64,000 nucleotides of DNA from Leptospiraceae bacterium (GTDB lineage Bacteria; Spirochaetota; Leptospiria; Leptospirales; Leptonemataceae), in assembly GCA_040217195.1 (NCBI GenBank), contig JAVJNR010000002.1:160001-224000 (forward strand). The letters are read 5' to 3'. Shown piece after piece: positions 57,516 through 64,000 of this stretch. Position 1 is the first letter of the stretch, and each line of letters starts with the position of its first letter. A program made the translations under genes and the position numbers. The notes below the pieces were generated by a model that had not been told where the DNA came from, searched no databases, and saw nothing but the letters and a program-made list of their open reading frames with translations.

Positions 57516-58945
57516 TGAAGGGGGAACAAGGAATGAAAAACATGCGAAAAACAAAGGTACTGGCAATCCTTCTTACTTTTTGTCTGAGCGCGCCTGTATT
57601 CGGCGAAGCTGATCCTACCGGTTGGGCACTGCAACCCCTTCCTCTGGTAAGCGCAAGTTCCGATGATGGATTTGGCTATGGTCTGCGGGTTTACGGAACG
57701 TATAAGGATGCGAAAGCTGAACCTTATAAGTACCAGATCTACGGACAATACTATGCCACTACCCGAGGGTACGAATTTCATGAATTATCCGTTGATGCAG
57801 TGGATTTTCTTGATTCATCTTTTCGAATCATTACTCGTCTGGGTGTAGAAAGAACTCTCAATGCTCAGTGGTACGGAACGGGAAACTTTCAGGATATTCA
57901 GAGACAAAAGAAGATCAAGAATGGCGAGATCCCGATCAATGAAAACGTGCAGGTAGATCCAACTACCGGTCAGCCAATTCGTGATCTCTACACTTTTGAA
58001 GAGTATAGCGACTCGGTTTATTCATTGAACACAAGAGCGTTGCTGGGTCCCGGAGCAGGCGATTTTCTTAATCCCGGCCGAAAGCTGCTAAAGCAAACTC
58101 AGGGAAAATACTTCTATTATGACCGGATTCGTCCATTTGTCATGATGTCTACTGAGCAATGGATGGGAGATACAAACTTCAAGTGGTTTGTGGGTATTCG
58201 CGGTCAGAGCTATAAGATTCAATCCTACGCCGGCGACTTTGAAGGAGGGGACAAGCTTCCTAACGGTCGAACTCTAATCGATATTGAAAAGCCCCTGGGC
58301 TATGATGCCACCGAAGATAACAAGTTCGTAAATGGACTTCGGGGTGCATTGATCTATGATTCAAGACCCAGAAAGCGGGAGATCAATCCTAATTCAGGTA
58401 TCTTCGCCGATATTCATATCGAAGGAGTGGGCAAAGGCACGGGAAGTAACTATTCCTTCATGAGATATACGGCCGCCTGGAGACAGTACATTGAAGTGCT
58501 ACCCGGTTTCTTCAATCCTCAGGACCGAGAGCTAGTTTTCGCATATCGTGTTCTTGGACAGAAAACCACCGGAGATGTTCCGTTTTATGAGATGGGCCGA
58601 ATCTACACTTCCCGAGAGAACGCAGAGGGTCTGGGTGGAAATGGAGGCCTGAGAGGGTATCCGGCCAACCAGTTTGTGGATCGAGTCATGGGTATGGCAA
58701 ACTTTGAAATGCGTCTGACAACGTTTAGCGTCGATGCGCTGGGCGGCATTGACTTCATTTTCCTGGGCTACTATGACGTGGGACGAGTGGCTCCCACTAA
58801 CCGGGAAATGACTTTGAAGGGCCTGCACCGAGCCTACGGTGGTGGCGTTCGATTACTATGGCAGGAAAACGTTGTGATCAACATTTCCTACGGCCGATCT
58901 CAGTATGAATCCAACTTCAATTTTGGATTTAATCATATGTTCTAG
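57515..58945 (+). CDS. Omp85-family outer-membrane protein lacking POTRA domains
   Basis: Signal peptide then PLPLVSASSDDGFGYG, YDSR, LRGYPANQF, YDVGRV, C-terminal FNHMF. Confidence 0.88.
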   Translation: MKGEQGMKNMRKTKVLAILLTFCLSAPVFGEADPTGWALQPLPLVSASSDDGFGYGLRVYGTYKDAKAEPYKYQIYGQYYATTRGYEFHELSVDAVDFLDSSFRIITRLGVERTLNAQWYGTGNFQDIQRQKKIKNGEIPINENVQVDPTTGQPIRDLYTFEEYSDSVYSLNTRALLGPGAGDFLNPGRKLLKQTQGKYFYYDRIRPFVMMSTEQWMGDTNFKWFVGIRGQSYKIQSYAGDFEGGDKLPNGRTLIDIEKPLGYDATEDNKFVNGLRGALIYDSRPRKREINPNSGIFADIHIEGVGKGTGSNYSFMRYTAAWRQYIEVLPGFFNPQDRELVFAYRVLGQKTTGDVPFYEMGRIYTSRENAEGLGGNGGLRGYPANQFVDRVMGMANFEMRLTTFSVDALGGIDFIFLGYYDVGRVAPTNREMTLKGLHRAYGGGVRLLWQENVVINISYGRSQYESNFNFGFNHMF

Positions 58946-58973
58946 GCTGAAATTCTCAGCTTGAACTTAGAGG

Positions 58974-58998
58974 AAAGGGGGCTTCGGTCCCCTTTTTT
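58974..58998 (+). terminator. Intrinsic terminator
   Basis: AAAGGGGGC-TTCG-GTCCCCTTT plus T tract. Confidence 0.85.
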
Positions 58999-59108
58999 CG
59001 TTTCTGGCAGAAATCACTCCAGGTTCGGCCTCAAATCATCTTGAAAACCGGTGAAGCCATGAACTACTTGGGCAGAAACTCCATCTAATCCCACAGAAAA
59101 GGTCTAAT

Positions 59109-59681
59109 ATGTTTTCAATTGTCCGTACAAGTTTCTCTGCCCTCGTAATTCTGACCATGCTCACCGCCTTCTCTGGATGCCAGAGCTCTGCACCGGCGGA
59201 TCCTGCGTCATCGCCCGCTGCAGATTCCGTAGAGAATTCTTCGGAGATGGAGTCCGCACCGGAAAACCGATCCGTTGAACCCAGTGATGATCGAGGCGTA
59301 GAAGTGGTGGAGAGAACCGGTATCTATGTATACCACTACCCGGAAACTCTGCAGCTTGAAGATCCATATAAAAACTATTTGAGCAAGCGGCGAGTGTTCG
59401 ATGATAATCTGGCCGCAGAGATCGAATCTCTACTTGCGGAAGAGGCGGACTATACTCCTGAGTATCGGGCTCGCTGCCTGCCTGTCTATGACTACGGAAT
59501 AGTAATTGTTGAAGAAAAGGAGCGAAGGACCTATCTGTTTTCTTTTCGCTGCAACACCATGCATTACAAAGAGAAGAAGCTCTGGAAGGACTTTACACCA
59601 ATTCGCACCAGACTCTATGCATTATTGCAGTACCAAGTAAACGATAATACATCGGTCATTGTGGATTCCCGGGATAACTGA
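59109..59681 (+). CDS. Putative lipoprotein
   Basis: Lipobox FSGC; low-complexity linker; small globular domain with two Cys. Confidence 0.72.
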   Translation: MFSIVRTSFSALVILTMLTAFSGCQSSAPADPASSPAADSVENSSEMESAPENRSVEPSDDRGVEVVERTGIYVYHYPETLQLEDPYKNYLSKRRVFDDNLAAEIESLLAEEADYTPEYRARCLPVYDYGIVIVEEKERRTYLFSFRCNTMHYKEKKLWKDFTPIRTRLYALLQYQVNDNTSVIVDSRDN

Positions 59682-60775
59682 TGATTGCTCGTTCCTTACT
59701 GATTTCCGGGAACGCCGCCGGAATTTTCATTCTTCTAATCTCATTTTCAGGGTTCTGTACATTACCATCCAGCCGAAACCAGAAACCTGACTCTGGAGGC
59801 GGTGCCGAGACAATCGAAAAGGTGGAAGAAGTACAGCCAGATCCCAGACCAGGGTCTGAAGCAGAAGAACAAAGCAATGGCCACGAAATAATCCGTTCCC
59901 GCCGCGGAGCTGTTGCCGTACTTCCTTTTCAAGTTGCCCGGGGATCTGAGAAGGGCACAGGGCTATCGTCGCGCTTGATGGCCACCCTTCAGGGCAAGAA
60001 TCAATTTCAGATAGTAGAACGATTGGATCTGGAAAGCATTCAAAGCGAGCTTCTGGTTGGACAGTCAGGACTGGTGGATAGTGATAGTGCTGCGAAGATT
60101 GGAAGGCTTACGGGTGCCAGGTATCTGGTTCTGGGAGAATGGTCGCCTACACTGAACAATCAGGGCAAGGCATCCTATCGTCTGGTCGTGGCTGAAACCG
60201 GAAGGCTCATTGGATCTGGCATTGCCATAGGGTCGGAGGAGGAAATACTTCATCGCTTCGGGGAAAGTCTGGCGCGTCAGCTTGCGATCTATCAGAGTCT
60301 GGATAATCCAGAAAGTCCTTATTCCATCCTCTTGCAGCTAAATCAGGAAGATCATACATATCGGCTGGGCCAGCGAGTGGAAGTCAGCTTTGAAATCAAG
60401 CGTCATAGAAATTCCGCTCCGTCTCAGGTTTACATCCAGCTTTACGCTATCGATTCCAGCGGTGTTATGACAATGATCTATCCCAATCGATTCAGCGGAA
60501 TCAAACCTGTAGTGGTGGGGCAGAAGTACTCATTCCCTTCGCAGGAAGATCCATTCGAGTGGAAACTGGTGCCTCCCACTGGCACAGAAACCATTCAGGC
60601 ATTTGTTACTACACAACCTGTGGATCCATTTAGAGCCACCGATCGTATGGAAGATGGATTTGTTCAAGTCAGCACCAGAGGTCATAATCAGGAGACCTTT
60701 TCTGGTATTGTCACTGTCCTTAAAGAAGAAGAGGGATGGAGTGCAGACACCATTACATTTGAGATAATCGAATAA
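59681..60775 (+). CDS. Lipoprotein with CsgG/FlgO-like and DUF4384-like domains
   Basis: VAVLPF, FQIVER, GQSGLVD..AAKIGRLTGARYLVLG; C-terminal IYPN, PPTGTETIQAFVT. Confidence 0.78.
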   Translation: MIARSLLISGNAAGIFILLISFSGFCTLPSSRNQKPDSGGGAETIEKVEEVQPDPRPGSEAEEQSNGHEIIRSRRGAVAVLPFQVARGSEKGTGLSSRLMATLQGKNQFQIVERLDLESIQSELLVGQSGLVDSDSAAKIGRLTGARYLVLGEWSPTLNNQGKASYRLVVAETGRLIGSGIAIGSEEEILHRFGESLARQLAIYQSLDNPESPYSILLQLNQEDHTYRLGQRVEVSFEIKRHRNSAPSQVYIQLYAIDSSGVMTMIYPNRFSGIKPVVVGQKYSFPSQEDPFEWKLVPPTGTETIQAFVTTQPVDPFRATDRMEDGFVQVSTRGHNQETFSGIVTVLKEEEGWSADTITFEIIE

Positions 60776-61016
60776 TCTAGATTTCATCCGGTCCTTAACC
60801 GGCTACGTAGGTCCTGCGGGGTTCCGTACCTAGGCGACTTTACTCTAGCTCTCCCATGAAGTTGTTCAGCCAGTCTGCCCAGGGCCGAAAAGATGAGGCA
60901 TTCGCACGGCATCGTCTGCTAAATTCTGGAATCCACTACTTTGCTTTGCGACAGCAACACCGCCCCGTTTCAGATACGAATCCATTTAGCGGACCACTAC
61001 GAATTAATTTAACGGA

Positions 61017-61565
61017 CTACTTCACCCATTTAATGGAACAACCCATGCTGGGAAAAACCTTCTCGGGGCCCGGGCCCTTGCCCATATCTCGAAGCAATGC
61101 CAGCTCAAGACTGTTTTCTTTTACAGCTGATGGATCCTGCCAGTTATCGTTGATTCGACCGTGGTAACTTAGCTTTCCTTGATGGAATAGATAGGGGTCC
61201 GGAGTGCAAACCGCTCCGTATGTTTTTGCCACCGACTGATCTTCGTCGAACAGGTATGGAAAGCGAATGTCATTTTCTTCTGCGAAGGGTTTCATCCGAT
61301 CGAATCCATCCTCCGGATAAGAAGGATTGTTATTTGGATTGATGGCCACGATTTCTAATCCCTGTTCGCTGTATCGCTGATGCAAATCTTTGAGCACCGG
61401 CCAGGAAGCGATGGCATAAGGACAATGGTTGCAGGTGAAGACGATAAGCAGGTGGGGTCTGGAAACCAGCTCCGCAGAATCTACGAATTTTCCATCCACA
61501 TCCTTCAACTTGAAGGCCGGCAGGGGAGTGCCTTTTTCCATTTGATCCGATTCCAGTAATGCCAT
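61017..61565 (-). CDS. Thioredoxin-family (AhpC/TSA-like) protein
   Basis: FTCNHCPY, YLFDEDQSVAKTYGAVCTPD, MGCSIKW. Confidence 0.92.
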   Translation of the reverse strand: MALLESDQMEKGTPLPAFKLKDVDGKFVDSAELVSRPHLLIVFTCNHCPYAIASWPVLKDLHQRYSEQGLEIVAINPNNNPSYPEDGFDRMKPFAEENDIRFPYLFDEDQSVAKTYGAVCTPDPYLFHQGKLSYHGRINDNWQDPSAVKENSLELALLRDMGKGPGPEKVFPSMGCSIKWVK

Positions 61566-61614
61566 GTATTCAAAAAAGGTTGATGCAGAGGCAGTGGAAA
61601 GGACTTTTCGGGCT

Positions 61615-61968
61615 ATGATTAAGTTCTATGGCTACAAGAAATGTTCTACATCGCGCAAGGCGGAGAAGTTCCTCTCCGAACGAGGAATCAAATATGACTT
61701 TGTAGATATTACGGAAAATCCGCCAAATCAGTCCACCTTGAAGCAGGTCATCGAACTTTCCGATCTCCCTACCAAAAAGATGTTCAATACCAGCGGACAG
61801 CAGTACAGAGAGCTGGGAATAAAGGACAAACTTCCTGATCTGAAAGATGGAGAAATAATTAAGATGCTTGCTTCGAACGGAAAATTGATCAAGCGACCGG
61901 TGGTTACCGACGGAAAGAAGGCTACGGTGGGGTTCTCAGAAGAAAGCTACCAGAAAACCTGGAAGTGA
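61615..61968 (+). CDS. ArsC/Spx family protein
   Basis: YKKCSTSRKA, FNTSGQQYREL, LIKRP, VGF. Confidence 0.92.
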   Translation: MIKFYGYKKCSTSRKAEKFLSERGIKYDFVDITENPPNQSTLKQVIELSDLPTKKMFNTSGQQYRELGIKDKLPDLKDGEIIKMLASNGKLIKRPVVTDGKKATVGFSEESYQKTWK

Positions 61969-62006
61969 ATTGACAGGCTGTGTTATTGGGGGGATCTGAC
62001 CTTGTT

Positions 62007-62079
62007 GCCCAGGTAGCTCAGTCGGTAGAGCAGTGGACTGAAAATCCACGTGTCGGTGGTTCGATCCCGCCCCTGGGCA
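62007..62079 (+). tRNA. tRNA-Phe (GAA), CCA not encoded
   Basis: GCCCAGG/CCTGGGC acceptor stem, AGCTCAGTCGGTAGAGC D arm, CT-GAA-AA anticodon loop, GGTTCGATCC T arm. Confidence 0.97.
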
Positions 62080-62091
62080 CACATCTACCCC

Positions 62092-62325
62092 CTATTTCGC
62101 TCCCTGAATCCAGAACTCTTCGAATTCCTCCTCAGAAGAAGCAGCGCATCGTTCCGGCGCGAACAGCTTTTTTACCGGTGGTTTGGGATATGTGGACACT
62201 TCCCCTGTATCAGGGATGGCAGTGAGCATTCTCAGAATTTCATCTTCGCCCTGGATTTCATACATGGTATAGCTCATCCCTTTTCCGGGAACAATCTGCT
62301 CGGTCTTTAGATATTTCTTTTCCAT
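62092..62325 (-). CDS. Small hypothetical protein (77 aa)
   Basis: AAGGAAG SD-like upstream; protein-like composition; fills the gap between the tRNA and the response regulator. Confidence 0.65.
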   Translation of the reverse strand: MEKKYLKTEQIVPGKGMSYTMYEIQGEDEILRMLTAIPDTGEVSTYPKPPVKKLFAPERCAASSEEEFEEFWIQGAK

Positions 62326-62400
62326 TCTGCTTCCTTTTGAGAATTCTTTTCTTGCGTGGTCCCCCGGCCATCTTACAGTCCGGACCTGGGGGACTCATTA

Positions 62401-62889
62401 ATGAATAAAGGCTACATAGTCTGTGTTGACGATGAAATCTCGGTTCTGGAAACGCTCCGGGAGCAATTGAGGCAGTATTTCGATCAGACCCATGAAATTG
62501 AGGTAGCCGCCAGTGCTGAAGAGGCCCTGGAACTCATCGAAGATATTAAAGAATCCGGCGGATTGGTCGAGGTGATAATTACCGATCAAGTGATGCCCGG
62601 CATGAAAGGGGATCAGTTTCTGGAAACCATACACAGGGATTTTCCGGACACAATTAAGATCCTGCTAACCGGCCAGGCCGGGCTGGATAATGCCATCCAT
62701 GCCATCAATCGGGGAGGACTAAACCGATATGTGGAAAAGCCCTGGAACATGGAGGAGCTCCAGAAAGATATCAAGGAACTCATCGAAAAGTACCAGCAAC
62801 AGGTGGAGAATCAGCGGCTTATCGCTCAGCTGGAATCCAGAATCACTGCCCTGGAAGATGAAAATCGATCTCTTAAAGAAGGGGGCTGA
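62401..62889 (+). CDS. Response regulator: receiver domain plus coiled-coil tail
   Basis: [24 protein letters not shown]. Confidence 0.92.
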   Translation: MNKGYIVCVDDEISVLETLREQLRQYFDQTHEIEVAASAEEALELIEDIKESGGLVEVIITDQVMPGMKGDQFLETIHRDFPDTIKILLTGQAGLDNAIHAINRGGLNRYVEKPWNMEELQKDIKELIEKYQQQVENQRLIAQLESRITALEDENRSLKEGG

Positions 62890-62923
62890 AGCCATCGGCC
62901 CTCATTTCACTGGTGCAGTTCTA

Positions 62924-64000
62924 TTGCGAAAATGCAGCTTGCTACTGCTTTCGCTAGTATTTTTGCCGGGACTAATATCTCCGCTAATGGCGGAGGAAAA
63001 GCCTGATCGGGCGAAGCCGGCTACGGAGGAATCTGAAAAGAGCGAAAAGCCAGCCACGACTACCGAAGAATCCAAAAAGAAACCATCGGAGAAAGAGACC
63101 AAAAAGGATCCGAAAAAGCAGGCCAGGCGGGAAGAGGAGCTACAACTTCTGAAGCAGCAGATGCTCTATGCGCCCTCCACTGAACGAAGACAGGCCATCC
63201 ACCAGGTGGAGCGCCTGGAAGAAGAATCGGAACAGAAATATTTCCTGGATACCTTGCGAAAGCTGGCTCTGGAAGACATGGATCCTCTGGTGCGCGAAGC
63301 ATCCGTTCGACTACTGGCAGATATTAAAGACAGTGGTTCGGGGCCCACTTTTCTGAAAGCCCTGGAAGATGATATGCGTCCTGTCATGCGTGAAGCCCTG
63401 AGAGGGATTGGTCGAATTGAGCTCAAGACAGCAGATACCAGGATTTTTGAATTACTAAAGAAGGAAGAATTCAAAGAGAACGATAACGTCACCGTGGGAA
63501 TGATTCGCACCCTGGCAGAACTGGAAAGTCAGATTGCAGCGGATTTTCTTGCCGAGGTCTATGCCAGAGATGATACAAATCTTGAGATTCAGCGAGCCAT
63601 CCTGCTTTACTACGGAAATGCAGAAATTGAAGCTAAAAAGAAATGGCTCACAGATATTCTAACAGATAAAAACGAAGATATTGTGTCCAGGTCCTATGCA
63701 GCAAATGCGCTGGGTAAAATCAAATCCACAGAATCCATTGAACCCTTGAAAGGGGTACTCAAAGAGATTCGAGATTTGCGAAGTAGCAGAGAACGAGCCA
63801 GACACAATTCATTGAAGCAACAGGCCATTCTGGCTTTGATTCGCCTGGATGACAAATCCATCCTTCCAGAGCTTAAAGCGGCCGCTCTGGATGACGATGC
63901 ATCTGTAAGACTTCGGGCTGTGAAGCAAATCGGGCAGCTGAAGATTACAGAATTTCGGGATATGCTGGAATACAAGGCCAAGCATGAGCCCAGTCGATCG
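62924..64000 (+). CDS. Exported HEAT-repeat protein, 3' end outside the window (absent from the ORF track)
   Basis: Hand translation from TTG 62924: MRKCSLLLLSLVFLPGLISPLMA signal peptide; repeats DPLVREASVRLL, SRSYAANALGKI, DASVRLRAVKQIG; no stop before the window end. Confidence 0.82.
   Translation, partial: MRKCSLLLLSLVFLPGLISPLMAEEKPDRAKPATEESEKSEKPATTTEESKKKPSEKETKKDPKKQARREEELQLLKQQMLYAPSTERRQAIHQVERLEEESEQKYFLDTLRKLALEDMDPLVREASVRLLADIKDSGSGPTFLKALEDDMRPVMREALRGIGRIELKTADTRIFELLKKEEFKENDNVTVGMIRTLAELESQIAADFLAEVYARDDTNLEIQRAILLYYGNAEIEAKKKWLTDILTDKNEDIVSRSYAANALGKIKSTESIEPLKGVLKEIRDLRSSRERARHNSLKQQAILALIRLDDKSILPELKAAALDDDASVRLRAVKQIGQLKITEFRDMLEYKAKHEPSRS

Noticed and set aside
60776..61016. 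Hairpins and a 103-aa ORF between convergent genes
   Set aside because: Stems are short or imperfect with no clear U tract or known motif; the ORF overlaps the thioredoxin gene antisense
62007..62091. tRNA-Phe as an island integration site
   Set aside because: No integrase nearby and no duplicate of the tRNA 3' end noticed; lack of an encoded CCA is common
61980..62310. Track ORFs 61980-62225 and 62050-62310
   Set aside because: They overlap tRNA-Phe and the better-supported minus-strand gene; shadow ORFs
62902..63981. Minus-strand ORFs near the window end
   Set aside because: Shadows of the plus-strand HEAT-repeat gene that runs off the window
1..64000. CRISPR arrays, IS/transposases, integrases, prophage, rRNA
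   Set aside because: No regularly spaced repeats, terminal inverted repeats or recognisable genes of these types were seen

Overview
A gene-dense 64 kb chromosomal segment of moderate GC with no transposases, prophage genes, rRNA or CRISPR arrays. Protein content suggests a Leptospiraceae spirochaete (inference from a POTRA-less Omp85, a lipase/foldase pair and many lipoproteins). Housekeeping genes include a class A PBP, a DEAD-box helicase, hemJ, corA, efp, a KamA/EpmB-family enzyme, ispD, thpR, ribF, lnt, mnmC, panE, prmA, uvrB, holB and tRNA-Phe(GAA). The main points of interest are: (1) a candidate ~155 nt structured sRNA with its own sigma54-type promoter and intrinsic terminator upstream of holB; (2) a TetR / AlkB-XylM-type monooxygenase / XylA-type reductase operon with a visible operator; (3) a stand-alone protein resembling the acetyltransferase domain of fungal/mycobacterial type I FAS, directly downstream of efp; (4) two genes that appear to need non-canonical ATC/ATT start codons; (5) an uncharacterised MoxR-type AAA+ plus TraB-like partner pair; (6) structured UUCG-hairpin leaders, likely leaderless genes and near-zero-distance divergent gene pairs. 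All family calls are from motif recognition by eye; no database searches were run. Several start codons were moved relative to the ORF track.
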